64,000 nucleotides of DNA from Octopus vulgaris (Eukaryota), in contig OX597823.1 in the NCBI GenBank assembly GCA_951406725.2, positions 54,126,001-54,190,000 of the forward strand. The letters run 5' to 3'. The position numbers and the translations under genes were made by a program. Positions 44,223-59,099 of this stretch are shown one piece after another. The first letter of the stretch is position 1. Each line of letters starts with the position of its first letter. Under the pieces are notes generated by a model, which saw only the letters and a list, made by a program, of their open reading frames with translations, searched no databases and was not told the origin of the DNA.

Positions 44223-44784
44223 TAATGTACAAGTTGGAAAACGTCATTGTATATTTTCGTGCATTATCCTAAACATTTCTCATGAAGCTCGTTACAGCAG
44301 CTTCAGCAGAACCCATCAGTTCATTCAGTAAGCTGAAGATGATAACCAGCTGTCTCACAACAAACATTCTGCAAGTTCGTCCTGTAGCTTTAGCTTGACT
44401 CAGTATCCAATTGGCTTATATACACAAGATACAGGGAAAACACTCAAGAAAAATCGGGAACCCTGTGGAATATCTTCTATTTGGCTTTCATTTTTTGAAA
44501 TTTAAGTGATAATTTTAAAATTAGACACACTGTATCTATAAATCTTTCGATAATGTTAATTGTTCCACAGAGGCCATTCAACGTGATCTGTAGATAAGAT
44601 TTCAAAGAAATCTTTTTGAAAATAGCAAGATATTTATTCTAGATGTTTAACCCAGGGAGAGGGTAATGTTGGGTCCCTTCTGCATGTCTACTGACTAGCT
44701 CACGTTTACATATGCCTACTAGAAAAGTCAAGGTGAATCACACAGTTATAATCGGTTAAGCAGAATATTTTGTCGTTGTGAAAT

Positions 44785-45005
44785 ACTCTCTCTTTTACTC
44801 TTTTACTTGTTTCGGTCATTTGACTTGGCCATGCCGGAGCATCGCCTTTTAGTCAAGCAAATCAACACCAGGACTTATTCTTTGTAAGCCTAGTACTTAT
44901 TCTATCGATCTCTTTCGCTGAACCGCTAAGTTACGGGGACGTAAACACACCAGCATCGGTTGTCAAGCGATGTTGGGGGGACAAACACAGACACAAACAT
45001 ACACG

Positions 45006-45077
<72 letters not shown>

Positions 45078-45240
45078 CGGCGGGCTTCTTTCAGTTTCCG
45101 TCTACCAAATCCACTCACAAGTCTTTGGTCGGCCCGAGGCTATAGTAGAAGACACTTGCCCAAGGTGCCACGCTGTGGGACTGAACCCGGAACCATGTGG
45201 TTGGTAAGCAAGCTACTTACCACACAGTCACTCCTACGCC
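44785..45240 (-). mobile_element. tRNA-derived SINE, full length, CpG-rich
   Basis: Same family as 32380-32725; CpGs retained. Confidence 0.85.
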
Positions 45241-45394
45241 TAGATAAAAATTTCAAATTTTGTTTTAGGGTCTCCGATTACATGATTAAATTATACTGTT
45301 ATATCTATAAAGGCCTGACATTGCTTTGTTTTGTTTGTGCAATCAACCACGACTATTCAACATTAAATTAGCTTAGACAGGATTTTTTGTCTTG

Positions 45395-45700
45395 ACAAAG
45401 CTATTGTGTTTTTTCCATCTGTTATTCTCCAAGGAGAGCATGCAGTTGAGGGAATGGCTTGTGAAACAACTTCCACACATACTAGCCTAGCCTTATTCAG
45501 TTTTTATTGAATTAACCCTACCTACTTGAGATATTTCTTGAATTCTCTGTACAGTTTTTCTTAATCTTGAACTTGCATCCAGGCTCCTGGTGGGATTATA
45601 TGGAGATCTTTTAGATATTTTACTTATATTATGAATTGACATGGTCATCCTATTGAGATTGTTGGAGTCTTTATGTGTATTAGCTTATTGTTTGGCTTAT
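45395..45700. repeat. Dispersed repeat, second copy at about 49370-49690
   Basis: Shared acaaagct.ttgtgtttt..ggagagcatgcagttga..caggctcctggtggga. Confidence 0.7.
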
Positions 45701-46319
45701 TATAGTGTTAGGGTTTACCATTGTCTAGGTCTAGGGTTATTGCTGGAAAACTAACTATACATGGGCTGGTGGGGATTGTCAGTATTAATTGTAATTAAGT
45801 TATATATGGTAAACTACAAAACTATCATCTCTTCATAGCCATATATCTAGGTATTTAGTATTACTTTTCATCATTTTGAAGATGCACGATTCCACCGGTT
45901 TACCTCAATTTCTACATAGCTGCTCATATTGACAAATAATTTAATTATATATAATGTAATAGTACTTTCTCATTCATGCAAAGTAGTCATTGAAAAGGAG
46001 AGAACTTTTTGCATATTGTGTTACATATATGGCCAAATTATCAAATGGTTTCATACCAGAAGTAGAGAACCAACTTCAGCAATCATCAGAAATAGCTGGA
46101 ACGAAATTCATAGAAGAAATCACCCAGGAAAAGACTATTTCTGTGTTACCTTTCTATATGTGATATCTGAATTCTACATAGTAGCCTTTCAAGAATTACG
46201 AAAATTGTCCAACCATATTGGCCCATATTGCGTGTTAATATTAATGTATTGCACCTTTTATATATTTATAATATTATAATATATATATATATATATATTA
46301 TAATATTGGGATAACTTCC

Positions 46320-46567
46320 AGCAACCTTGCATAGGCCTCTGAACAGATATCGCCATGACAACTTTCTCTGTCATGGCCAATGCGATGATCACACTCTACA
46401 CACCTTCCTTCCAAGTGCTACTGTAAACAGCAGATGTGAGCTAGAATGTTAAGACTTAGTGTGCATGAACAGCAGAGTTTAATGTCAATCTTTACCAAGT
46501 GACTGTAGTCTGCATGCTTTAGCTTCGTTACTATGGCAACAGTCGAGATACTTATTGATCAGACTTC

Positions 46568-46568
<1 letters not shown>
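46320..46568 (-). mobile_element. Mariner-type terminal fragment
   Basis: Minus strand starts ta-cgaagtctgatcaataagtatc, similar to the TIR of 16751-18032; adjacent to (TA)n. Confidence 0.5.
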
Positions 46569-46634
<66 letters not shown>

Positions 46635-49600
46635 CTCAAACTTGAAACAGGTTGGCTGGGTTTGTGGGTTTGTCAATTTCTTGTTAAGTCTCTGCACTAA
46701 CAATATGCATTAGTGGTGAGCATATAAATCAAAATGCTGTTACAACCTAGTCTATTGAATGCTTTCTTTTCACAAATTTTTCTACTTGTTCTTCTCTTAC
46801 TCACTTGCTACTGCAACTACTTTGACAACTATCTTTTCTGTCAGCTTTTTTTCTGCAGCTTGTGTTACTTTTCATGCTATTATTGTATGTATAGGTGTAG
46901 ACATGGTTGAATATCTAAGAAGTTATTTTCCATTTATTAGGTTTGAATTTGAGGTTCAGTTCCACTGCAAAACATAGCAGGTAATCTGTCTCCTACCACA
47001 GTCTTGGACTAAACCAAGCCTTGAGAGAAGACAGAAGCTTTATAAAACCCCATCTCACAAATCATGTCACAGTGGTTCAGTCTGAGGAATACACGAAGTT
47101 GACAAAAATATTGAGAAATTTCTTGACCATTTTCATAAACAGTTGAACAAGGAGTTAAGTTCAAATAACTGAAATATTTCTTGTTGAGACTGATATGAGA
47201 TTTATTTTTGATAGTACTTGTCATCCTTCAGTTTCTTTTTGCCACTATACACTACCTTGACTACTGCTGCTGCTGCTGCTGTTTAAGAAGGATATCTGCT
47301 GTATGTTTTCTGTTTTAAGACAGTAGTGTTTCATTTGAAGGAGATTCGTCTTACTTCAAACAGATTTATTTTTGTTGGATCAAAAGCAAGATGTTGCTGT
47401 TGCTGTTTAACCTTGGGTAACCTTGATCAATCAGTCCAAGGATTAAAGGTGCTTCAACTTTGACCATCCCTTCCATTTTTCAAACATAGAGTGTCTAGGA
47501 ATTCCTTATACGTGTCCTTTTAAAAACTAATGTTTGCTGTGATACACTGGAGATTTCTGTAATTTCTAGCAACTCAAGCCACCATATAGAACAGGTATGG
47601 GCAGCCTTTTTCAAGAAGCGGGCTGCATGAGACATGGCTCATGATCAGGGGATCACACTGCTAAAAAAGTTCAAGGTAATTTTTCGTTGGCATGCCATTC
47701 AGAATGTCCCAAGTGCCACAGTTTGCTCATAACTAATGTAGAGGTTTCATTGGAGCATGTGAAGGTTGTTGTTGTAAGGTGTGGTAGTGACATTTTTTCT
47801 TTTGTAGCAAAATTAGAACAGTCATCATCATTGCATCATTTCAAACAATGACATAATCTACTTTTAATTCATTAGTTAGTTATAAATAGATTAGGCCAGC
47901 AGTTATCAAACTCATAAATACCAGCTGCCTACCACCATCACCATCACCATTACCATCACTTCAATATTTGTGAAAATCCTCCCTTTATTAATAAGAAGAC
48001 ACAATAGACAAAATTAAATATGCATGTGTCTATTTCTTATTTCTTTACTGAGTTGTTGAACAAGTTTAATGAGTTTATTAAACATGGTAATTAATCTGCC
48101 TATTTTCAGTCCTCATGAGCCTCTGCCCTTTGAAAATCACTTGATTAGGCTGTATTTTTATACACCCTTATGGTAGTATTCATGTACTTTATATAACTCA
48201 GACTGCATTCTTTACCCATAGATTGTGTAATTAAATTTCTATCCATTCATCCATCCATATTTTCCTGGGAGGATCATGGGGATAAAGTCCTCAGGCACTT
48301 TCTCCATAGGGCCATATCAGAAACAACCATCATTAGACTTTCCAGTTGGATACTCAAGCATGACTAACTGAGATAAGGGATACTATCCAATCGTCTTGTT
48401 CTTGGTCTACCTCTAGGTCCCCTGCCGGTTGGCTTGGCTTGAAGAATCTATCTTGTGATTCTTTCCTGCAACTTTCTAATCACATATCAGTAGTACTGGA
48501 GCTGCAGTCACTCAAAGTTAATTATTCACCAAAAAAAAACCCAGAATTGATATTTTCCGCTTATATAATATTGTTTCAGTAGCTCCTGTAGGCATAATTT
48601 TCATATTCACCTCTCAAAGTATTTGAGTCTTACTCTGCAAAGAGACATTTTGATGAAATATGTGAAAAAATTAAGAAACTTTGAAAAATTGTCTTTTGTA
48701 AAAAGTATCACTGGGATGTCTCTGCTTCTTGCAGCATAAGGAGAGTTTTTTTTACAAAGCTGCAAGGTAAAACTGCTTTCCACATTTAAAGGTAATGAAA
48801 TTTTATCAGATATATCTGCTTTCTGCATACAATGTTCAAAGAGTTAAAACAAGGAGTTTATCTTTATGTGATCCCACTCTCCTGCAAAAAAAAATTGTTC
48901 AGGCTCTCAGCAGTTGCAAGTTACATTTTACAAGGCAACAAACAGCAACTGTTATTTTAACTTGCCTATCATTCCATAATGATTATTTCTTGCTGACCAA
49001 GCAGTCTGCAGTTAACATTTCACAGATCAAACCCGTTATCATTTTAAAGTAGTAATAGATTTTCCCTTGATGCTTAGCATTGCGATGAAGCTATGTTTCT
49101 CTACAGATGAGCTTATATTTGTTTACATCTATGAGAAAACACAGGTTGAATCGCACTGTTATAATTGTTCAAGCGGAATATTTTCTCATGGTTTTATAAT
49201 CATATTATTTCTGAAGTTTATTTATTTAGCACATCAGGTTACTGGATTAAATTTTACTATGTTATAATTATATAGTGTTGACATTGGTTTCCTACATTCA
49301 TGTAGGGCATGGTGTGGTCAACCTTGATTCTTCAACGCTGAATTAGTTCACACAGGTGTTTTGTTTCAACAAAGCTGTTGTGTTTTTTATGCATTATTTT
49401 CTATGGAGAGCATGCAGTTGAAGAAATGACTCATAAAACTACACATACCAACCTAGTCATATTTAGTTTTTATTGAACTAGCCATATTCACTTGAGATGT
49501 TTCTTGAGCTCTACATACACTCATTTTGCTTAAGAATTTGAAGTTCTTGATCTTGAAATTGCATTCAGGCTCCTGGTGGGAGATCTTTTAAATATGTGGA

Positions 49601-50047
49601 TATTACTAATTGACATGTTCGATATATTAGGAAGATTATTGAAGTCTTTATGTATATTAATTTTCTCTTTTGGCTTATTACATTGTTGGTATTAACTGCT
49701 ATATACACACATACACACACACACACACACCACACCACACACTCATGTGTAATGTTTATTAAGGGCCTTTTCAAGTTCATGACATATAACCATTTTGTTA
49801 AAACTCCATGTGTTCCATTACACTCCAAAACAGGTGTTTGGGAAAAAAAATTGTCTTATTAAGAAAATAATCACATGTTAAAGGTTTTCTTTTGGCCACA
49901 ATGGTTTTAGAGTGGGAAAAAGAGATACAAGATGAGAGAATGTAGAGTATAGTGTTAAATTATTGATTTATAACATCGTTGCAAGGTGTTTTGAGATGAC
50001 TACACTATGATTATGTAATGTAACTTCATGCAATATTTCTACAGACT

Positions 50048-50250
50048 AAGGCAGTGAGCTGGCAGAATTGTTAACTTGCCAGGTAAAATGCTTAGTGGTA
50101 TTCCGTCCATCCTTATATTCTGAGTTCAAATTCTGCTGGGGTCAGCTTTGCCTTTCATTTCTTTCAGGGTTGTTAAAATAAATATCAGTTGAGCACTGGG
50201 GTCAATGTAACCAACTTAATTCCCTCCCATGAAATTACTGACCTTGTGCC
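50048..50250 (+). mobile_element. Old CpG-decayed copy of the SINE family at 59247-59478
   Basis: aaggcagtgagctggcagaattgttaac..gagttcaaattctgc..gcctttcat. Confidence 0.7.
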
Positions 50251-51489
50251 CGAGACCTTAGGTGATATGTCGTACTTGAGAAGACCTGTCAAGCTAAGTG
50301 AAATTGTAGTCATGGTTGACACTGACACCTGTGCTGGTAGCATATAGAAAGCACCATTCAAGTGTTGAGCCTCACAGAGGCAATGTGGTATGGTAGTTCT
50401 TTTGAATATCTTTCAAATTGCAATTTTTTGTGGTCTTATTCATGCTATGCACCAAGCTGCTATTTGTATTTGATCTGGTTTTATTGTTATTGAATTCAAT
50501 AAGATCCACTTCTTTTCCTTCCCTAAATACCAAGATAAAGAAGTAGAAAGCTACTTTTTAGAATGCAGACAATTATGTTCCTAGGCAAAAGTTATTTATA
50601 TAATCATACAACATTGACATATGAATTATAATGGATTAAGAAAAATGTAATGTAGTTATTAACAAAATGAACCACAATGAATTGTAACATAATTATAAAA
50701 TTGGTCAGTTCTATTGTCATAATAAGCTGTTGAAAGACTTTAATAAAGACTAAGTTCACAGTAAGTCAAAATATATTCAGATATGACTTGCTAGATTCAT
50801 TTATTCATAACCTACAACAATGTTTTCTTTAATTTTAAGTTGCACAAAAAACCATATTGTACCTTTTCTTTCTTCCGACTGTAACAAAAAAAGAAGGGAA
50901 AAACTGTCATTGGCAGGTTTTGAATTTAGTGAGCTGGAATGAATACTGCAAAGAAATTCAATTTGATTCTTAAATACCTCAGTATTTGTAAACCATTAAA
51001 AATTCATCTATTTTTAGCAAATTTTCTCATCTTCCTTTCTTGAATAATACCACTTGTTAAGGTGTGGTCATTCAATGTTGGTGTTTATTCAGAGCTGAGG
51101 CATTTATGTATGGATTACACAAAGGAATTCAGCAAGAATTTATAGAGATGACCTCACACAATTCTCAACATAGTTGCCCTGTGTGTCATGAAAAGTATTC
51201 CTTATTGAAGCCTAGTAATGAAGCAGAAGCAGATATTTATTACACTTCTAATATGATATCTTATAATGTAATCCACTTCACTCTCAATCAATGTTTCACA
51301 TATTGCTGTCATTTTCACCTGCAGCATTACACGGAAAACATCAATATGCATTCATAACACCTACTACTATGACTACTACTACTACTTTCTAACAGGCACA
51401 AACCACACATTTTAAGGGAAGTGTTTATTTGAATTAATCAACCCTTAATATTAGTATTTTTTTTATTAAATAATAACGAATTCAAATTT

Positions 51490-52250
51490 TGGCACGTGCT
51501 GTCCTGGAGGCTTTTCCACGTACAACCAGCCATCACTTCTTCTATTACATTGATGGTTATTGGCCTTTCACAGAACTTTGCATTTCTAGTCAAGAGCCAC
51601 TGCGATCACTGAGGTAAAGTCCACTTCTATCCTCAAGCTTCAACCTATCCCAAACCATTAAGCAAAATGCTGCTGAAAAGCCATATACATTTTCTTGGAA
51701 TCGGGTAGTGCATGCTTTGGTACTGTATTGTACCTCTACCACCCAAGTCTATTGTGCAGCTTTTGTTACGGTGTCTTAAAATGTGCACTCTAGGTCTGAC
51801 AATACAGCCTTCACCTTTTTTATGTTGAAGAAATAGTTAAGGGCAAATCCCACCACAAGCCTTTCCTAAATACCTCTTCTAAGTTTGTTATTAAGGCTCC
51901 CTCTAATTTAGTTTCCTGTATTGCTACTCCTTTATTAAACCTTATCAATTTTGTTCTAATCATTCTTTTCAGGATGAGCTACAATTTGTTGACAATTGCT
52001 CTAATCAGTGCCCTCTAACTAATTCACAAATCCATTCATTGTAATCTTTGTGCCACAGGAAAGACGCATTCAGTTTCCTGTAACTGGATTTTTGCCTATG
52101 AAGCTTATCTCAGTAAACCATACAGATCCCAAATTTGTGGTCTGTGTAGCTGATGACTTTAAAATGAAGACAACCTATATTATCCCCATCTTCCTATCTA
52201 CTGGCATATCACAAGTTTATCACCCTCATTGCAGGGCATGTCAAAGTAGT
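51490..52250 (-). mobile_element. Old Tx1-clade LINE fragment
   Basis: Minus translation ISYTDHKFGICMV..HRQ..YRKLNASFL matches YTDHKFVTCMV..HRQ..YWKMNKSIL at about 10180. Confidence 0.65.
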
Positions 52251-53946
52251 TTGAATTAGGGAGGATTGTTATGTCATGTGTTGTGTTGCTGATGTTAGCA
52301 ATGTTGCTCCCGTGCCTATTGTTATCAGGGATGGGGAGGGGGGGCGTTTCGTCACTGTATTTTGGTTGATACTGCTGTTTCTCTTCTTGTTGTCACTGCT
52401 GCTGCTACTTTTGTGGCTAGCCATGCTGACTTTACTGCTGTAGTTGTTGTTCTTGTTGCTGGTGTTGTGGTTGCATGCTAGTGTTAATCTACTGTTACAG
52501 CTAAAGAGCAAAACTTATCAGTGATTGATTCAAAGTATGAACACAATCAAACATTAAGAACAATTGACATTAATATATGACTTCAATAATAAGCTGTAGT
52601 TTTAACATACAATATTAACAACAAGCCCCTGACATTTAGAATATTATTTAAAACACTTGACTCTTGTGGTTGATGGTATTGCAGAAACAATAACTAAATC
52701 ACCTCTGCTGTACCTGGGCTACTTTTAGAAGCAAGTGCCTTACCCCAAGTACATTTATTACTTTTCCACTCATGGATCCACCAGAGAGGAGAGACAATAC
52801 ACTAGCAGAATCCACAGAGCTGCAGGAATTGTCAAATATTGGTTATATTTAACCAATATCTTAGGGTCCTTCTGGATTTTGTATGCCCTTAACCTTTTTT
52901 TTAAATGTTCAATAGATTGTCCCACAAAGTGGTAGCAGGGGTGCCTTAAGATATGTCCATACTGAGCAATTGTTCAGGGCCTCACGGATCTAGATGTCCA
53001 ATTCTGACCTATGTATATTGTGGTTTGCTGTCAATAAATAAATTGCATAGAACCCAGTACATTAATTTGCTCAGAATCTTACAATAATGCTAAGGTGACT
53101 CTGGGAAGCAGGCATAGTTTGTTCAGAGCCAGTTCCACTCAAAAATGTGAATATAGACCTTTGATATAACTAACTGTACATTCTTAGTTTTAAAAGATTT
53201 GGGAGAAAGGTCTGAGTCATCTAAAATATGCATAAGCAAAAGAAATTACACAAAATGATGACAAAAACATTATTATTGTTTAACTTCATTTAATTAATTA
53301 TTTGATGTAGTTTTAATGGTGGATCAGGAAAGAAGACCATGACTTATAAGTTGTTGCTAACTCTGACTTGGACTCCTACAAATGACCCCACTAGATATAT
53401 CAACGTCTGTGAGTGAATCTCAATATCCTGTACTTGCTAAGCCACAAATCAGGAACTTGGAGAGAAATCAACACAAGATCTGATAGAGAGGGCAGTCTAC
53501 TGTGATATTACCCATGTCTATAGAAAAAATTTCCAAGTAGCTTTCTACCAAGAAACTTTTTCCATCTACGTTCTCTATCAGTGTCACCACATGGAATAGT
53601 GCAATCAAAAACAGTGCTTCACAAAATCACATTATACATGTTTGGTTAGAAGCTTTGCCTGAGAAACAGAAAACTTTCATGAAAGGCACTCAATGTCCAT
53701 GTTGAACTGGTTAATGTGTTAAGCTTAGACCACCTCTATAAAATAAAAGTAGGACATAGGGATTTTATCAGTTTACCAACACTAGAAAGGTTACTCTACT
53801 GGGTTTAAAGTCTCCTCAACCTTGGGCTGGCCATTTCTGATTCAGGGAGCACAGGGTTTCTAGACAGAAGTACACTCAAGTTACAGGGAGGTGTAACAAA
53901 GGGAAATCACATTTTTTATATCTATGTGTGTGTGTGTGTGTGTGTG

Positions 53947-53990
<44 letters not shown>

Positions 53991-55248
53991 CATACATACA
54001 TGCAACAGGCTTCTTTCAGTTTCTATCTACCAAATCCACTCAGAAGGCTTTGATCAGCACAAGGCTATAGTAGAAGATACTTTCCCAAGGTGTCATGCAG
54101 TTGGTCTGAAATCAGAACCACGTTGTTGGGAAGGAAGCTTCTTACCACACAGTCCCCACCATCTGTTGACAATTGACAACTGGTGTTGGTTTGTTTACAT
54201 CTCTATAACTTTATGTTTCAGCAAAAAAGAGATTGATAAAATAAGTGCTAGACTTATCAAAAAAATAACTACTGGGATTGATTTATCAAATTAATTTCCT
54301 TCAAGATGGTGGCCTAGCATTGATGCAGTCCAATGACTGAAACAAATAAAAGATAAAAGGTAACGGGAATGGATAAAAGATAACCAAATGGATATTGTAG
54401 GAATAGACAATTTAGTTATTTGAAGATTTGCTTCCCATTGTATGATACTCTGATGATAAGGCTGTGCTAGAGAGGACTATGTTGTGCAAGAGAATAGATT
54501 TGGTCATGAGAAATGAACTTTTAGTTAATTGCGTTGAAACAGTAGTGGTATTACAGTTAGGCATGGATTAATATAAACTGCAAAATTTGAATTTAGAAAT
54601 ATTTACATAGTTGCTAATAAAATCCAACCATGATGATGATCATCATTTAACATCCACTTTTCCATGCTTGCATGAGTTGAACAGAGTTTATTTGAGGCAG
54701 ATTTTCTGTGGCCGAATGAGTTGCCTATCACCAATCCTCACCTGTTTCCAAGCAAGCTAATATTTCACCATAGCCAGACTAATTATTGAAGAATATTGAA
54801 AATGAATGATACTGCATGTATGACAGTGACAATCATATGCAGCTATCATAAGATGTCAAGCTGAGGAAACACAATGACAGACAGACAGACACACACACAC
54901 GCACATGACAGCTTCTTTCAGTTTTTGTCTACCGAATCCACTCACAAGGATTTGAGTGACTTGGGACTATAGTAGAAAACACTTACCCAAAGGACCATGC
55001 AGTGGGACTAGACCCTGAACTATGTACTGGGTAGTAAACTTCTTATCACATAGCCACACTTGCACCTAAAAATTTTCAGCCCCCCTCAGCATGGAATCAG
55101 ATCCTAGCTTATCCCATGTGAAGATACTTATCACTATACCTCTGAGAAAGGTAATATTGTAGAGTTATAAATAAGATTGTAATTCTTCAGAATATCAAAA
55201 TATAAAGTTAACAATAAATAAAATATAATCATTTGTTCTTTTCTACAG

Positions 55249-55470
55249 AAAATGAATACCAAGAAAAAAAACACAAATAAAATGCCCAATTCAAACAGAA
55301 TGATTGGCATTTCTTCTTTGTTCCGGGATGAAAACGACCAATTAAAAATGATCTTTGACAAGGAAGATGGTTCGCAGACAATCAAATCTAGCTCAAAATT
55401 TGAAGGCTTGCAGAATTTAAAATTCATGCCTGGAACCATCAGATCACCTTCTCGTGATCTACAAGCATCA
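55249..55470 (+). CDS. Candidate host coding exon, product unknown (K/MNTKKKNTNKMPNSNRMIGISSLFRDENDQLK..SPSRDLQAS)
   Basis: Acceptor ttgttcttttctacag before 55249, donor gtaagt after 55470, 222 nt open frame (74 codons, phase 0), non-repetitive, AAAATG start context. Confidence 0.6.
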
Positions 55471-55902
55471 GTAAGTTACAAATTTCATATATATTTTTCC
55501 CTAATTGAGACATACTTCCATTGCATGATGACCATAGAGGTAACTATCCTAATGAGTCTATTTACAATGAGATTCAATTGTTCATTTTAAAAGTTTGATT
55601 CCATTTGTGTTACCAGTAACCCTGTTTTCTCCTATCAAAGTTACAGACTTTGGAGCTACATATGAAAAGTCTTTTAAAAACACACATTCTATACCTTATT
55701 CTCAATTATTGTCCCAGTACAATTTCAGTGTCATTGAAGAGTTTGGATAAAATGCCTTGCAATATTGTTTTAATTCTCTACTTTCTGAGTTCAAACCTCA
55801 TGGAGGTTCAACTTACCATTTTATCTTTACAGTGTTGATAAATAAAGTAGTAGTTAAGTACTGGTATAGATTCTTCTCTCTCTCTCTCTGTATGTATATA
55901 TA

Positions 55903-55943
<41 letters not shown>

Positions 55944-55949
55944 ATATGT

Positions 55950-56195
55950 GGAGGCGCATGGCTTAGTGGTTACAGTGTCAGCACCATGATCATAAGATTG
56001 TGGTTTTGATTCCTGGACCAGGCGACGCGTTGTGTTCTTGAGCAAAACACTTCATTTCACGTTGCTCCAGTACACTCAGCTGGCAAAAATGAGTAACGCT
56101 GTGATGGACTGGCATCCCATCCAGCTGGGGAACACATATGCCATAAAAGCCGGGAAACCAGGTCCATGAGCCTGGCTAGGCTTTAAAAGGGTGCA
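55950..56195 (+). mobile_element. tRNA-derived SINE of a second family
   Basis: ggaggcgcatggcttagtggtta (A-box-like), ggttttgattcc (B-box-like), gtgttcttgagcaaaacactt core. Confidence 0.65.
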
Positions 56196-56236
56196 TTTAT
56201 TTATTATATATGTATATATATTTGTCCGTCTTTCTA

Positions 56237-57510
56237 TCAGGTCATTGAGAATGGAATGTCCGATTTTCTTATACATCAAGTTTGACAGTCATTAACTCTA
56301 AAGTTTTATCTTGACAATTCTTTGTTTTACAACATTGAAGAGTTATATCCTTACTTTTCAAAATGCCATTCATGGAGTCTGATTATATTGTTAGTTTTCT
56401 CTTGGAAATCAATTTTTGTGAACCCATGGATAGATAAAAAATTCCTGTTGTTTATGAATATGAGCTCTGTCATGGAACCAATGCATCCCAGACAGCTTGA
56501 AACATCAATGAGGTGTTTGGTGAAAATGTAGTGAATGAGTGCACTGTACATCGATGGTTTAAGAAGTTCTGGTCTGGTGACTTTACTCTTGAAAATCAGC
56601 CCTGTGGTAGACCTGAGACCAAGGTGGATAATGATGAGCTGGAAACTGTAGTGGAAACATACATTTCAAACTATGGGAGAGTTAGCAGCAAGGTTTGATG
56701 TTTCAATTCCAACTATATTGGACCATCTGAAACAAACTGGCAAGGTTAAGAAGCTGGAACACATGAAGTGAACAAGCATCAAATGGTACGTTATCTTGAA
56801 ACTTGCTGTTCTTTGCTGTCACGGCATAAAAGCAAACCATTTTTGCATCTTATTGTTACATATGATGTAAAACAGATTCTTTTCAACAATAGCAAGCATT
56901 CTGCATGGTGGTTGGATAGAGACAAAGTGCCAAAACACAATCCAAAAAGAATATTAATCAAAAAAAGCTAATGGTATCTGTTTGATGGTCCAGCACTGGT
57001 GTCATTCGTTACAACTACATGAGACCTGGTAAGTCAATTACAGCAGATGTAGTCATCAATCAATTGGATGAAATGATGAGTGAACTTGTAATTAAACAAC
57101 TACAACCAAGTTTAGTCAATAGAGACAGGCCAATTCTCTTGCAAGACAATGCTCGACCACATGTTGCACAAAGAACATTACTCAAGTTACAGGAACTGAA
57201 CTTGGAAGTACTGTCATCCACCATATTCACCAGACCTTGCACCAACTGACTATCATGTTTTCCAGGCATTAGACAACTTTTTGCAAGGGAAAAAACTTCA
57301 AGTCTGAAGTTGTAAAAACAGCTTTACATGATTTCATCACCTCTTGCTCTCCAGAACTCTTTACTGCCGACATAAATAAGCTACCGGTAAAATGGCAAAA
57401 TTGTGTTGATAATTTAGGTGCATACTTTGATAAAATTCATTGCATTTTCTTGAGATAAAGTAAAATGAACTTCCAGTTCAAAATCAGTCATTTCATTGTT
57501 AATGACCTGA
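56237..57510 (+). mobile_element. Full-length, heavily decayed mariner
   Basis: TIRs ta-tcaggtcatt / aatgacctga-ta; FGENVVNECTVHRWFKKF..CGRP, ILLQDNARPHVA, HPPYSPDLAPTDYH. Confidence 0.88.
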
Positions 57511-57999
57511 TATTTCTCTCTCTGTCTCTTCTTTTTCCCACTCTCAGAACTAAGTTGCATCATGAGAAAGGTTGTAGAGGTTTCCTTTCTCTAGAAATGG
57601 TAAAAGGTGTGCAATGGACAAACAAAGCTCTCCTCATATAAAGACAACAAAAACAAAAACAGAACAATGTCATATGCCAGTGGAAACATCCTAAGACAAG
57701 TGCAATTCTGCACAAGACAAAAATTAAGAAAACATTAAATACATGTTTACTATGAATAATATTTACCATAATATTTACAATAATATTTACTAGTGACTGA
57801 GGCCTTTGGAAATATGCTGTGCGTGAGAAGACTTGGCAGGACAAGTGAGTCCATCCCGTGTCCCTTCCTTGGACACGCAAAGACCTGTTGAGGCAAGTGA
57901 AGTCGAAATCGAACCCATGCCAACCTCCCTTCATTGGACACTAACTTGCTTGTGAAGACCTGTTGGGGCAAGTGAAATCGGAATCGAAATTAAACCAAT

Positions 58000-58335
58000 C
58001 CTATCACTGGCCATATGTGTTGCAGCAAGACTCTGCTCCCTCTCACACAACCTGCATACTTCAGGAGTGGATTGCCAAATGTTTCCATGATCATGTTACC
58101 TCTAACATTTGGCCTCTTCACTCTCCTGATTTAAACTCACTGCATTACTATGTCCGGAGTGTCATTGAGAAGAAGACCAACAAGTGTGCCCTCAATAACA
58201 AGGCTGTAAATGAGGCTCATGATGGCTTTATCAAATAACCTTTTGTGCTGCATATGTAAGAATATGTGTGCCAAATTCTATAAAAATATATTGGTTTTTC
58301 TAATAAATATTTTTGTTTCCCTTAAAGGCTTGTTC
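58000..58335 (+). mobile_element. Tc1/maT transposase 3' fragment
   Basis: YVLQQDSAPSHT..WPLHSPDLNSLHYYV. Confidence 0.7.
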
Positions 58336-59099
58336 TCAAACAGCTGATGCACCTCCTATGAATATTATTTACAAATTTGTCTATATGAGTACAGTATTTA
58401 TGAATATAATCTACTTTCAACTTTCAGGTATATGCTTCTGTCCATCACTATGCTGAATATTCAAAATCTGGAAATAGTGGAGACGCAGACAGGGATTCCA
58501 TCACAAGTGATGTTTTATTTGCAGCTTCAGATACTTTTGAAAATTTTGCAAGTAAAAACTTCCAGTTGAAAGATGCTCAACCTGACTGCTTCTCCAGAGC
58601 GCCTCTCTTAACTTCATTGCTTCCACCCAAAGATAAAAATACACACTTGGTAAATAAGCCTTTTATTCTTTATCTTCATGATATAATTTTGTTTGTAAAT
58701 AATGCAATACATACATAAGTGCATGCTTATAGATATACATGTGTTCATACATGTATTCATGCATGAAGGCATACATAAATGCTTGCACCCATACATGCAT
58801 GCATATCCATATAATGTATACTTACAAACATATGTATGTATGTATGTATGTACATACATGCATACATAAGTATGTATATATGTATCTATATTTTTTTTAG
58901 TAAATGTCTACCATTAGCTAACATAATCTCCATTCACATACACACACACACAGATTTTACAGTTCCATTATAGGTAGGATCAACAAAAAAAGGAACCCAC
59001 CCAGTGGGAGATAAATATCATTTAATGTACACAGTTACAAAAGAGCTACTAATAGTTATATGCTTTAAGACACATTCAATTGACAACTTTATGTAACAG

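Noticed and set aside
44230-44340. Candidate first exon with gtaagc donor
   Set aside because: Only a weak splice motif; not distinguishable from background without transcript data
55950-56030. tRNA gene (also other SINE heads)
   Set aside because: A/B-box-like heads continue into SINE bodies and do not form a full cloverleaf
58425-58585. Possible exon after actttcag
   Set aside because: Segment is bounded by caggt..acctg ends like a small pogo-type MITE; no good donor or open frame
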